This document shows, in pieces, positions 1 through 15,170 of a DNA stretch of 64,000 nt. Location of the stretch: contig OZ024744.1 of NCBI GenBank assembly GCA_964016885.1, positions 109,616,001 to 109,680,000 of the forward strand, written 5' to 3'. Source of the DNA: Eledone cirrhosa (taxonomy: Eukaryota). Positions within the stretch are counted from its first letter, which is position 1; the number at the start of each line of letters is the position of its first letter. The notes below the pieces were generated by a model, which worked only from the letters and a program-made list of their open reading frames with translations, was not told the DNA's origin and did no database searches. A program made the translations under genes and the position numbers.

Positions 1-759
1 CAATAGAGGGAACTAGAGAAATAATATCAGACTGAACCAATACAGGGAACTAGAGAAATGATATCAGACTGCACAAATACAGGGAACTAGAGAAATAATA
101 TCAGACTGAACCAATACAGGGAACTAGAGAAATAATATCAGACTGAACCAATACAGGGAACTAGAGAAATAATATCAGACTGAACCAATACAGGGAACTA
201 GAGAAATAATATCAGACTGAACCAATACAGTGAACTAGAGAAATAATATCAGACTGAACCAATAGAGGGAACTAGAGAAATAATATCAGACTGAACCAAC
301 AGAGGGAACTAGAGAAATAATATCAGACTGAACCAATACAGGGAACTAGAGAAATAATATCAGACTGAACCAATACAGGGAACTAGAGAAATAATATCAG
401 ACTGAACCAATACAGGGAACTAGAGAAATAATATCAGACTGAACCAATACAGGGAACTAGAGAAATAATATCAGACTGAACCAATACAGTGAACTAGAGA
501 AATAATATCAGACTGAACCAATAGAGGGAACTAGAGAAATAATATCAGACTGAACCAATACAGGGAACTAGAGAAATAATATCAGACTGAACCAACAGAG
601 GGAACTAGAGAAATAATATCAGACTGAACCAATACAGGGAACTAGAGAAATAATATCAGACTGAACCAATACAGGGAACTAGAGAAATAATATCAGACTG
701 AACCAACAGAGGGAACTAGAGAAATAATATCAGACTGAACCAATAGAGGGAACTAGAGA

Positions 760-3370
760 AATAATATCAGACTGAACCAATAGAGGGAACTAGAGAAATA
801 ATATCAGACTGAACCAATACAGTGAACTAGAGAAATAATATCAGACTGAACCAATAGAGGGAACTAGAGAAATAATATCAGACTGAACCAATAGAGGGAA
901 CTAGAGAAATAATATCAGACTGAACCAATAGAGGGAACTAGAGAAATAATATCAGATTGCACAAATACAGGGAACTAGAGAAATAATATCAGACTGAACC
1001 AATAGAGGGAACTAGAGAAATAATATCAGACTGAACCAATAGAGGGAACTAGAGAAATAATATCAGACTGAACCAATACAGGGAACTAGAGAAATGATAT
1101 CAGACTGCACAAATACAGGGAACTAGAGAAATAATATCAGACTGAACCAATACAGGGAACTAGAGAAATAATATCAGACTGAACCAATACAGGGAACTAG
1201 AGAAATAATATCAGACTGAACCAATACAGGGAACTAGAGAAATAATATCAGACTGAACCAATACAGGGAACTAGAGAAATAATATCAGACTGAACCAGTA
1301 GAGGGAACTAGAGAAATAATATCAGACTGAACCAATAGAGGGAACTAGAGAAATAATATCAGACTGAACCAATACAGGGAACTAGAGAAATAATATCAGA
1401 CTGAACAAATACAGGGAACTAGAGAAATAATATCAGACTGAACCAATACAGGGAACTAGAGAAATAATATCACACTGAACCAATACAGGGAACTAGAGAA
1501 ATAATATCAGACTGAACCAATACAGGGAACTAGAGAAATAACATCAGACTGAACCAATACAGGGAACTAGAGAAATAATATCAGACTGAACAAATACAGG
1601 GAACTAGAGAAATAATATCAGACTGAACAAATACAGGGAACTAGAGAAATAATATCAGACTGAACAAATACAGGGAACTTGAGAAATAATATCAGACTGA
1701 ACCATATTGAACTAGAGAAATAATATCAGACTGAACCAACATTGAACTAGAGAAATAATATCAAACTGAACAAATACAGGGAACTAGAGAAATAATATCA
1801 GACTGAACCAATACAGGGAACTAGAGAAATAATATCAGACTGAACCAATACAGGGAACTAGAGAAATAATATCAGACTGAACCAATACAGGGAACTAGAG
1901 AAATAATATCAGACTGAACAAATACAGGGAACTTGAGAAATAATATCAGACTGAACCAATAGAGGGAACTAGAGAAATAATATCAGACTGAACCAATAGA
2001 GGGAACTAGAGAAATAATATCAGACTGAACCAATACAGGGAACTAGAGAAATAATATCAGACTGAACCAATACAGGGAAATAGAGAAATAATATCAGACT
2101 GAACCAATACAGGGAACTAGAGAAATAATATCAGACTGAACCAATACAGGGAAATAGAGAAATAATATCAGACTGAACCAATACAGGGAAATAGAGAAAT
2201 AATATCAGACTGAACCAATACAGGGAACTAGAGAAATAATATCAGACTGAACCAATACAGGAAACTAGAGAAATAATATCAGACTGAACCAATAGAGGGA
2301 ACTAGAGAAATAATATCAGACTGAACCAATACAGTGAATTAGAGAAATAATATCAGACTGAACCAATAGAGGGAACTAGAGAAATAATATCAGACTGAAC
2401 CAATAGAGGGAACTAGAGAAATAATATCAGACTGAACCAATACAGTGAACTAGAGAAATAATATCAGACTGAACCAATAGAGGGAACTAGAGAAATAATA
2501 TCAGACTGAACCAATAGAGGGAACTAGAGAAATAATATCAGACTGAACCAATAGAGGGAACTAGAGAAATAATATCAGATTGCACAAATACAGGGAACTA
2601 GAGAAATAATATCAGACTGAACCAATAGAGGGAACTAGAGAAATAATATCAGACTGAACCAATAGAGGGAACTAGAGAAATAATATCAGACTGAACCAAT
2701 ACAGGGAACTAGAGAAATGATATCAGACTGCACAAATACAGGGAACTAGAGAAATAATATCAGACTGAACCAATAGAGGGAACTAGAGAAATAATATCAG
2801 ACTGAACCAATACAGGGAACTAGAGAAATAATATCAGACTGAACCAATACAGGGAACTAGAGAAATAATATCAGACTGAACCAGTAGAGGGAACTAGAGA
2901 AATAATATCAGACTGAACCAATAGAGGGAACTAGAGAAATAATATCAGACTGAACCAATACAGGGAACTAGAGAAATAATATCAGACTGAACAAATACAG
3001 GGAACTAGAGAAATAATATCAGACTGAACCAATACAGGGAACTAGAGAAATAATATCACACTGAAACAATACAGGGAACTAGAGAAATAACATCAGACTG
3101 AACCAATACAGGGAACTAGAGAAATAATATCAGACTGAACCAATACAGGGAACTAGAGAAATAATATCAGACTGAACAAATACAGGGAACTAGAGAAATA
3201 ATATCAGACTGAACCAATACAGGGAATTAGAGAAATAATATCAGACTGAACCATATTGAACTAGAGAAATAATATCAGACTGAACCAACATTGAACTAGA
3301 GAAATAATATCAGACTGAACAAATACAGGGAACTAGAGAAATAATATCAGACTGAACCAATACAGGGAAC
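760..3370. repeat. Imperfect block duplication, period 42-44 monomers (1,549-1,623 bp), carrying the shortened-monomer pair
   Basis: Shared rare markers: GATTGCACAAAT (957/2580, 1,623 bp), AAATGATATC (1096/2719, 1,623 bp), CCAGTAG (1298/2884, 1,586 bp), CCATATTGAAC deletion monomer (1702/3251, 1,549 bp). Each distance is n x 37 - 5. Confidence 0.85.
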
Positions 3371-4849
3371 TAGAGAAATATTATCAGACTGAACCAATAC
3401 AGGGAACTAGAGAAATAATTTCAGACTGAACCAATAGAGGGGACTAGAGAAATAATATCAGACTGAACCAATACAGGAAACTAGAGAAAAAATATCAGAC
3501 TGAACCAATACAGGGAACTAGAGAAATAATATCAGACTGAACCAATACAGGGAACTAGAGAAATAATATCAGACTGAACCAATACAGGGAACTAGAGAAA
3601 TAATATCAGACTGAACCAATACAGGGAACTTGAGAAATAATATCAGACTGAACCAATAGAGGGAACTAGAGAAATAATATCAGACTGAACAAATACAGGG
3701 AACTAGAGAAATAATATCAGACTGAACCAATACAGTGAACTAGAGAAATAATATCAGACTGAACCAATACAGGGAACTAGAGAAATAATATCAGACTGAA
3801 CCAATACAGGGAACTAGAGAAATAATATCAGACTGAACCAATACAGGGAACTAGAGAAATAATATCAGACTGAACCAATAGAGGGAACTAGAGAAATAAT
3901 ATCAGGCTGAACCAACAGAGGGAACTAGAGAAATAATATCAGACTGAACCAATACAGGGAACTAGAGAAATAATATCAGACTGAACAAATAGAGGGAACT
4001 AGAGAAATAATATCAGACTGAACCAACAGAGGGAACTAGAGAAATAATATCAGACTGAACCAATACAGGGAACTAGAGAAATAATATCAGACTGAACCAA
4101 TACAGGGAACTAGAGAAATAATATCACACTGAACAAATACAGGGAACTAGAGAAATAATATCAGACTGAACCAATACAGGGAACTAGAGAAATAATATCA
4201 GACTGAACCAATACAAGGGACTAGAGAAATAATATCAGACTGAACCAATACAGGGAACTAGAGAAATAATATCAGACTGAACCAATACAGGGAACTAGAG
4301 AAATAATATCACACTGAACCAATACAGGGAACTAGAGAAATAATATCAGGCTGAACCAATACAGGGAACTAGAGAAATAATATCAGACTGAACAAATAGA
4401 GGGAACTTGAGAAATAATATCAGACTGAACCAATATAGGGAACTAGAGAAAATATATCAGACTGAACCAATAGAGGGAACTAGAGAAATAATATCAGACT
4501 GAACCAATAGAGGGAACTAGAGAAATAATATCAGACTGAACCAATATAGGGAACTAGAGAAATAATATTAGACTGAACCAATACAAGGAACTAGAGAAAA
4601 AATATCAGACTGAACCAATAGAGGGAACTAGAGAAATAATATCAGACTGAACCAATACAGGGAACTAGAGAATTAATATCAGACTGAACCAATACAGGGA
4701 ACTAGAGAAATAATATCAGACTGAACAAATACAGGGAACTAGAGAAATAATATCAGACTGAACCAATACAGGGAACTAGAGAATTAATATCAGACTGAAC
4801 CAATACAGGGAACTAGAGAAATAATATCACACTGAACCAATACAGGGAA

Positions 4850-7800
4850 CTAGAGAAATAATATCAGACTGAACCAATAGAGGGAACTAGAGAAATAATA
4901 TCAGATTGAACCAATACAGGGAACTAGAGAAATAATATCACACTGAACCAATACAGGGAACTAAAGAAATAATATCAGACTGAACCAATAGAGGGAACTT
5001 GAGAAGTAATATCAGACTGAACAAATACAGGGAACTTGAGAAATAATATCAGACTGAACAAATACAGGGAACTTGAGAAATAATATCAGACTGAACCAAT
5101 ACAGGGAACTAGAGAAATAATATCAGACTGAACAAATACAGGGAACTTGAGAAATAATATCAGACTGAACCAATACAGGGAACTAGAGAAATAATATCAG
5201 ACTGAACAAATACAGGGAACTTGAGAAATAATATCAGACTGAACCAATACAGGGAACTAGAGAAATAATATCAGACTGAACAAATACAGGGAACTTGAGA
5301 AATAATATCAGACTGAACCAATACAGGGAACTAGAGAAATAATATCAGACTGAACAAATACAGGGAACTTGAGAAATAATATCAGACTGAACCAATAGAG
5401 GGAACTAGTGAAATAATATCAGACTGAACCAATAGAGGGAACTAGAGAAATAATATCAGACTGAACCAATACAGGGAACTAGAGAAATAATATCAGACTG
5501 AACCAATACAGGGAACTAGAGAAATAATATCAGACTGAACCAATACAGGGAACTAGAGAAATAATATCAGACTGAACCAATAGAGGGAACTAGAGAAATA
5601 ATATCAGACTGAACCAATACAGGGAACTAGAGAAATAATATCAGACTGAACCAATACAGGGAAATAGAGAAATAATATCAGACTGAACCAATACAGGGAA
5701 CTAGAGAAATAATATCAGACTGAACCAATACAGGGAAATAGAGAAATAATATCAGACTGAACCAATACAGGGAAATAGAGAAATAATATCAGACTGAACC
5801 AATACAGGGAACTAGAGAAATAATATCAGACTGAACCAATACAGGAAACTAGAGAAATAATATCAGACTGAACCAATAGAGGGAACTAGAGAAATAATAT
5901 CAGACTGAACCAATACAGTGAATTAGAGAAATAATATCAGACTGAACCAATAGAGGGAACTAGAGAAATAATATCAGACTGAACCAATACAGTGAACAAG
6001 AGAAATAATATCAGACTGAACCAATAGAGGGAACTAGAGAAATAATATCAGACTGAACCAATAGAGGGAACTAGAGAAATAATATCAGACTGAACCAATA
6101 GAGGGAACTAGAGAAATAATATCAGACTGCACAAATACAGGGAACTAGAGAAATAATATCAGACTGAACCAATAGAGGGAACTAGAGAAATAATATCAGA
6201 CTGAACCAATAGAGGGAACTAGAGAAATAATATCAGACTGAACCAATACAGGGAACTAGAGAAATAATATCAGACTGCACAAATACAGGGAACTAGAGAA
6301 ATAATATCAGACTGAACCAATACAGGGAACTAGAGAAATAATATCAGACTGAACCAATACAGGGAACTAGAGAAATAATATCAGACTGAACCAATACAGG
6401 GAACTAGAGAAATAATATCAGACTGAACCAATACAGGGAACTAGAGAAATAATATCAGACTGAACCAATACAGGGAACTTGAGAAATAATATCAGACTGA
6501 ACCAATACAGGGAACTAGAGAAATAATATCAGACTGAACCAATACAGGGAACTAGAGAAATAATATCAGACTGAACCAATAGAGGGAACTAGAGAAATAA
6601 TATCAGACTGAACCAATACAGGGAACTAGAGAAATAATATCAGACTGAACCAACAGAGGGAACTAGAGAAATAATATCAGACTGAACCAATACAGGGAAC
6701 TAGAGAAATAATATCAGACTGAACCAATACAGGGAACTAGAGAAATAATATCAGACTGAACCAATAGAGGGAACTAGAGAAATAATATCAGACTGAACCA
6801 ATACAAGGAACTTGAGAAATAATATCAGACTGAACCAATACAGGGAACTAGAGAAATAATATCAGACTGAACCAATACAGGGAACTAGAGAATTAATATC
6901 AGACTGAACCAATACAGGGAACTAGAGAAATAATATCAGACTGAACCAATACAGGGAACTAGAGAAATAATATCAGACTGAACCAATACAGGGAACTAGA
7001 GAAATAATATCAGACTGAACCAATACAGGGAACTAGAGAAATAATATCAGACTGAACAAATAGAGGGAACTAGAGAAATAATATCAGACTGAACCAATAC
7101 AAGGAACTAGAGAAATAATATCAGACTAAACCAATAGAGGGAACTAGAGAAATAATATCAGACTGAACCAATACAGGGAACTAGAGAAATAATATCAGAC
7201 TGAACCAATACAGGGAACTTGAGAAATAATATCAGACTGAACAAATACAGGGAACTTGAGAAATAATATCAGACTGAACCAATACAGGGAACTAGAGAAA
7301 TAATATCAGACTGAACAAATACAGGGAACTTGAGAAATAATATCAGACTGAACCAATACAGGGAACTAGAGAAATAATATCAGACTGAACAAATACAGGG
7401 AACTTGAGAAATAATATCAGACTGAACCAATACAGGGAACTAGAGAAATAATATCAGACTGAACCAATAGAGGGAACTAGAGAAATAATATCAGATTGAA
7501 CCAATACAGGGAACTAGAGAAATAATATCACACTGAACCAATACAGGGAACTAAAGAAATAATATCAGACTGAACCAATAGAGGGAACTTGAGAAGTAAT
7601 ATCAGACTGAACAAATACAGGGAACTTGAGAAATAATATCAGACTGAACAAATACAGGGAACTTGAGAAATAATATCAGACTGAACCAATACAGGGAACT
7701 AGAGAAATAATATCAGACTGAACAAATACAGGGAACTTGAGAAATAATATCAGACTGAACCAATACAGGGAACTAGAGAAATAATATCAGACTGAACAAA

Positions 7801-9950
7801 TACAGGGAACTTGAGAAATAATATCAGACTGAACCAATACAGGGAACTAGAGAAATAATATCAGACTGAACAAATACAGGGAACTTGAGAAATAATATCA
7901 GACTGAACCAATACAGGGAACTAGAGAAATAATATCAGACTGAACAAATACAGGGAACTTGAGAAATAATATCAGACTGAACCAATAGAGGGAACTAGTG
8001 AAATAATATCAGACTGAACCAATAGAGGGAACTAGAGAAATAATATCAGACTGAACCAATACAGGGAACTAGAGAAATAATATCAGACTGAACCAATACA
8101 GGGAACTAGAGAAATAATATCAGACTGAACCAATACAGGGAACTAGAGAAATAATATCAGACTGAACCAATAGAGGGAACTAGAGAAATAATATCAGACT
8201 GAACCAATACAGGGAACTAGAGAAATAATATCAGACTGAACCAATACAGGGAAATAGAGAAATAATATCAGACTGAACCAATACAGGGAACTAGAGAAAT
8301 AATATCAGACTGAACCAATACAGGGAAATAGAGAAATAATATCAGACTGAACAAATACAGGGAAATAGAGAAATAATATCAGACTGAACCAATACAGGGA
8401 ACTAGAGAAATAATATCAGACTGAACCAATACAGGAAACTAGAGAAATAATATCAGACTGAACCAATAGAGGGAACTAGAGAAATAATATCAGACTGAAC
8501 CAATACAGTGAATTAGAGAAATAATATCAGACTGAACCAATAGAGGGAACTAGAGAAATAATATCAGACTGAACCAATAGAGGGAACTAGAGAAATAATA
8601 TCAGACTGAACCAATACAGTGAACAAGAGAAATAATATCAGACTGAACCAATAGAGGGAACTAGAGAAATAATATCAGACTGAACCAATAGAGGGAACTA
8701 GAGAAATAATATCAGACTGAACCAATAGAGGGAACTAGAGAAATAATATCAGACTGCACAAATACAGGGAACTAGAGAAATAATATCAGACTGAACCAAT
8801 AGAGGGAACTAGAGAAATAATATCAGACTGAACCAATAGAGGGAACTAGAGAAATAATATCAGACTGAACCAATACAGGGAACTAGAGAAATAATATCAG
8901 ACTGCACAAATACAGGGAACTAGAGAAATAATATCAGACTGAACCAATACAGGGAACTAGAGAAATAATATCAGACTGAACCAATACAGGGAACTAGAGA
9001 AATAATATCAGACTGAACCAATACAGGGAACTAGAGAAATAATATCAGACTGAACCAATACAGGGAACTAGAGAAATAATATCAGACTGAACCAATACAG
9101 GGAACTTGAGAAATAATATCAGACTGAACCAATACAGGGAACTAGAGAAATAATATCAGACTGAACCAATACAGGGAACTAGAGAAATAATATCAGACTG
9201 AACCAATAGAGGGAACTAGAGAAATAATATCAGACTGAACCAATACAGGGAACTAGAGAAATAATATCAGACTGAACCAACAGAGGGAACTAGAGAAATA
9301 ATATCAGACTGAACCAATACAGGGAACTAGAGAAATAATATCAGACTGAACCAATACAGGGAACTAGAGAAATAATATCAGACTGAACCAATAGAGGGAA
9401 CTAGAGAAATAATATCAGACTGAACCAATACAAGGAACTTGAGAAATAATATCAGACTGAACCAATACAGGGAACTAGAGAAATAATATCAGACTGAACC
9501 AATACAGGGAACTAGAGAATTAATATCAGACTGAACCAATACAGGGAACTAGAGAAATAATATCAGACTGAACCAATACAGGGAACTAGAGAAATAATAT
9601 CAGACTGAACCAATACAGGGAACTAGAGAAATAATATCAGACTGAACCAATACAGGGAACTAGAGAAATAATATCAGACTGAACAAATAGAGGGAACTAG
9701 AGAAATAATATCAGACTGAACCAATACAAGGAACTAGAGAAATAATATCAGACTGAACCAATAGAGGGAACTAGAGAAATAATATCAGACTGAACCAATA
9801 CAGGGAACTAGAGAAATAATATCAGACTGAACAAATACAGGGAACTTGAGAAATAATATCAGACTGAACCAATACAGGGAACTAGAGAAATAATATCAGA
9901 CTGAACAAATACAGGGAACTTGAGAAATAATATCAGACTGAACCAATACA
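4850..9950. repeat. Tandem duplication of a 70-71-monomer block (2,590-2,627 bp)
   Basis: TCAGATTGAA 4901/7491, CTAAAGAAAT 4961/7551, GAGAAGTAAT 5001/7591 and GGAACTAGTG 5401/7991 are all 2,590 bp apart (70 x 37). AGTGAACAAG 5991/8618 is 2,627 bp apart (71 x 37). Confidence 0.9.
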
Positions 9951-11789
9951 GGGAACTAGAGAAATAATATCAGACTGAACAAATACAGGGAACTAGAGAA
10001 ATAATATCAGACTGAACCAATACAGGGAACTAGAGAAATATTATCAGACTGAACCAATACAGGGAACTAGAGAAATAATTTCAGACTGAACCAATAGAGG
10101 GGACTAGAGAAATAATATCAGACTGAACCAATACAGGGAACTAGAGAAATAATATCAGACTGAACCAATACAGGGAACTAGAGAAATAATATCAGACTGA
10201 ACAAATACAGGGAACTTGAGAAATAATATCAGACTGAACCAATACAGGGAACTAGAGAAATAATATCAGACTGAACAAATACAGGGAACTTGAGAAATAA
10301 TATCAGACTGAACCAATACAGGGAACTAGAGAAATAATATCAGACTGAACAAATACAGGGAACTAGAGAAATAATATCAGACTGAACCAATACAGGGAAC
10401 TAGAGAAATATTATCAGACTGAACCAATACAGGGAACTAGAGAAATAATTTCAGACTGAACCAATAGAGGGGACTAGAGAAATAATATCAGACTGAACCA
10501 ATACAGGGAACTAGAGAAAAAATATCAGACTGAACCAATACAGGGAACTAGAGAAATAATATCAGACTGAACCAATACAGGGAACTAGAGAAATAATATC
10601 AGACTGAACCAATACAGGGAACTAGAGAAATAATATCAGACTGAACCAATACAGGGAACTTGAGAAATAATATCAGACTGAACCAATAGAGGGAACTAGA
10701 GAAATAATATCAGACTGAACAAATACAGGGAACTAGAGAAATAATATCAGACTGAACCAATACAGTGAACTAGAAAAATAATATCAGACTGAACCAATAC
10801 AGGGAACTAGAGAAATAATATCAGACTGAACCAATACAGGGAACTAGAGAAATAATATCAGACTGAACCAATACAGGGAACTAGAGAAATAATATCAGAC
10901 TGAACCAATACAGGGAACTAGAGAAATAATATCAGACTGAACCAATAGAGGGAACTAGAGAAATAATATCAGGCTGAACCAACAGAGGGAACTAGAGAAA
11001 TAATATCAGACTGAACCAATACAGGGAACTAGAGAAATAATATCAGACTGAACCAATAGAGGGAACTAGAGAAATAATATCAGACTGAACCAACAGAGGG
11101 AACTAGAGAAATAATATCAGACTGAACCAATACAGGGAACTAGAGAAATAATATCAGACTGAACCAATACAGGGAACTAGAGAAATAATATCAGACTGAA
11201 CAAATACAGGGAACTAGTGAAATAATATCACACTGAACCAATACAGGGAACTAGAGAAATAATATCAGACTGAACCAATACAGGGAACTAGAGAAATAAT
11301 ATCATACTGAACCAATACAGGGAACTAGAGAAATAATATCAGACTGAACCAATACAGGGAACTAGAGAAATAATATCACACTGAACCAATACAGGGAACT
11401 AGAGAAATAATATCACACTGAACCAATACAGGGAACTAGAGAAATAATATCAGGCTGAACCAATACAGGGAACTAGAGAAATAATATCAGACTGAACAAA
11501 TAGAGGGAACTTGAGAAATAATATCAGACTGAACCAATACAGGGAACTTGAGAAATAATATCAGACTGAACCAATATAGGGAACTAGAGAAAATATATCA
11601 GACTGAACCAATAGAGGGAACTAGAGAAATAATATCAGACTGAACCAATAGAGGGAACTAGAGAAATAATATCAGACTGAACCAATATAGGGAACTAGAG
11701 AAATAATATTAGACTGAACCAATACAAGGAACTAGAGAAAAAATATCAGACTGAACCAATAGAGGGAACTAGAGAAATAATATCAGACT

Positions 11790-14700
11790 GAACCAATACA
11801 GGGAACTAGAGAATTAATATCAGACTGAACCAATACAGGGAACTAGAGAAATAATATCAGACTGAACCGATACAGGGACCTAGAGAAATAATATCAGACT
11901 GAACCAACAGAGGGAACTAGAGAAATAATATCAGACTGAACAAATACAGGGAACTTGAGAAATAATATCAGACTGAACAAATACAGGGAACTAGAGAAAT
12001 AATATCAGACTGAACAAATACAGGGAACTTGAGAAATAATATCAGACTGAACAAATACAGGGAACTTAAGAAATAATATCAGACTGAACAAATACAGGGA
12101 ACTTAAGAAATAATATCAGACTGAACAAATACAGGGAACTAGAGAAATAATATCAGACTGAACCAATACAGGGAACTTAAGAAATAATATCAAACTGAAC
12201 AAATACAGGGAACTTGAGAAATAATATCAGACTGAACAAATACAGGGAACTAGAGAAATAATATCAGACTGAACCAATACAGGGAACTAGAGAAATAATA
12301 TCAGACTGAACAAATACAGGGAACTTGAGAAATAATATCAGACTGAACCAATACAGGGAACTAGAGAAATAATATCAGACTGAACAAATACAGGGAACTT
12401 GAGAAATAATATCAGACTGAACCAATACAGGGAACTAGAGAAATAATATCAGACTGAACAAATACAGGGAACTTGAGAAATAATATCAGACTGAACCAAT
12501 ACAGGGAACTAGAGAAATAATATCAGACTGAACAAATACAGGGAACTTGAGAAATAATATCAGACTGAACCAATAGAGGGAACTAGAGAAATAATATCAG
12601 ACTGAACCAATAGAGGGAACTAGAGAAATAATATCAGACTGAACCAATACAGGGAACTAGAGAAATAATATCAGACTGAACCAATACAGGGAACTAGAGA
12701 AATAATATCAGACTGAACCAATACAGGGAACTAGAGAAATAATATCAGACTGAACCAATAGAGGGAACTAGAGAAATAATATCAGACTGAACCAATACAG
12801 GGAACTAGAGAAATAATATCAGACTGAACCAATACAGGGAAATAGAGAAATAATATCAGACTGAACCAATACAGGGAACTAGAGAAATAATATCAGACTG
12901 AACCAATACAGGGAAATAGAGAAATAATATCAGACTGAACCAATACAGGGAAATAGAGAAATAATATCAGACTGAACCAATACAGGGAACTAGAGAAATA
13001 ATATCAGACTGAACCAATACAGGAAACTAGAGAAATAATATCAGACTGAACCAATAGAGGGAACTAGAGAAATAATATCAGACTGAACCAATACAGTGAA
13101 TTAGAGAAATAATATCAGACTGAACCAATAGAGGGAACTAGAGAAATAATATCAGACTGAACCAATAGAGGGAACTAGAGAAATAATATCAGACTGAACC
13201 AATAGAGGGAACTAGAGAAATAATATCAGACTGAACCAATAGAGGGAACTAGAGAAATAATATCAGACTGAACCAATAGAGGGAACTAGAGAAATAATAT
13301 CAGACTGAACCAATACAGTGAACTAGAGAAATAATATCATACTGAACCAATAGAGGGAACTAGAGAAATAATATCAGACTGAACCAATAGAGGGAACTTG
13401 AGAAATAATATCAGACTGAACCAATAGAGGGAACTAGAGAAATAATATCAGACTGCACAAATACAGGGAACTAGAGAAATAATATCAGACTGAACCAATA
13501 CAGGGAACTAGAGAATTAATATCAGACTGAACCAATACAGGGAACTAGAGAAATAATATCAGACTGAACCGATACAGGGAACTAGAGAAATAATATCAGA
13601 CTGAACCAACAGAGGGAACTAGAGAAATAATATCAGACTGAACAAATACAGGGAACTTGAGAAATAATATCAGACTGAACAAATACAGGGAACTAGAGAA
13701 ATAATATCAGACTGAACAAATACAGGGAACTTGAGAAATAATATCAGACTGAACAAATACAGGGAACTTAAGAAATAATATCAGACTGAACAAATACAGG
13801 GAACTTAAGAAATAATATCAGACTGAACAAATACAGGGAACTAGAGAAATAATATCAGACTGAACCAATACAGGGAACTTAAGAAATAATATCAAACTGA
13901 ACAAATACAGGGAACTTGAGAAATAATATCAGACTGAACAAATACAGGGAACTTGAGAAATAATATCAGACTGAACCAATACAGGGAACTAGAGAAATAA
14001 TATCAGACTGAACAAATACAGGGAACTTGAGAAATAATATCATGCTGAACCAATACAGGGAACTAGAGAAATAATATCAGACTGAACAAATACAGGGAAC
14101 TTGAGAAGTAATATCAGACTGAACCAATACAGGGAACTAGAGAAATAATATCAGACTGAACAAATACAGGGAACTTGAGAAATAATATCAGACTGAACCA
14201 ATACAGGGAACTAGAGAAATAATATCAGACTGAACAAATACAGGGAACTTGAGAAATAATATCAGACTGAACCAATAGAGGGAACTAGAGAAATAATATC
14301 AGACTGAACCAATAGAGGGAACTAGATAAATAATATCAGACTGAACCAATACAGGGAACTAGAGAAATAATATCAGACTGAACCAATACAGGGAACTAGA
14401 GAAATAATATCAGACTGAACCAATACAGGGAACTAGAGAAATAATATCAGACTGAACCAATAGAGGGAACTAGAGAAATAATATCAGACTGAACCAATAC
14501 AGGGAACTAGAGAAATAATATCAGACTGAACCAATACAGGGAAATAGAGAAATAATATCAGACTGAACCAATACAGGGAACTAGAGAAATAATATCAGAC
14601 TGAACCAATACAGGGAAATAGAGAAATAATATCAGACTGAACCAATACAGGGAAATAGAGAAATAATATCAGACTGAACCAATACAGGGAACTAGAGAAA

Positions 14701-15170
14701 TAATATCAGACTGAACCAATACAGGAAACTAGAGAAATAATATCAGACTGAACCAATAGAGGGAACTAGAGAAATAATATCAGACTGAACCAATACAGTG
14801 AATTAGAGAAATAATATCAGACTGAACCAATAGAGGGAACTAGAGAAATAATATCAGACTGAACCAATAGAGGGAACTAGAGAAATAATATCAGACTGAA
14901 CCAATAGAGGGAACTAGAGAAATAATATCAGACTGAACAAATAGAGGGAACTAGAGAAATAATATCAGACTGAACCAATAGAGGGAACTAGAGAAATAAT
15001 ATCAGACTGAACCAATACAGTGAACTAGAGAAATAATATCAGACTGAACCAATAGAGGGAACTAGAGAAATAATATCAGACTGAACCAATAGAGGGAACT
15101 TGAGAAATAATATCAGACTGAACCAATAGAGGGAACTAGAGAAATAATATCAGACTGCACAAATACAGGG
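11790..15170. repeat. Tandem duplication of a 46-monomer block (1,702 bp)
   Basis: CCGATA marker with G at 11869 and 13571 (1,702 = 46 x 37), each followed by the same order of CTTAAG, CAAACTG, GAAATAG and AGTGAATTAG monomers. Confidence 0.8.

Noticed and set aside
3381-3392. Match to mature miR-21 (TAGCTTATCAGACTGATGTTGA): TATCAGACTGA in the consensus, TTATCAGACTGA in one variant
   Set aside because: Only 11-12 nt, lacks most of the seed, and there is no precursor hairpin. Best explained as chance.
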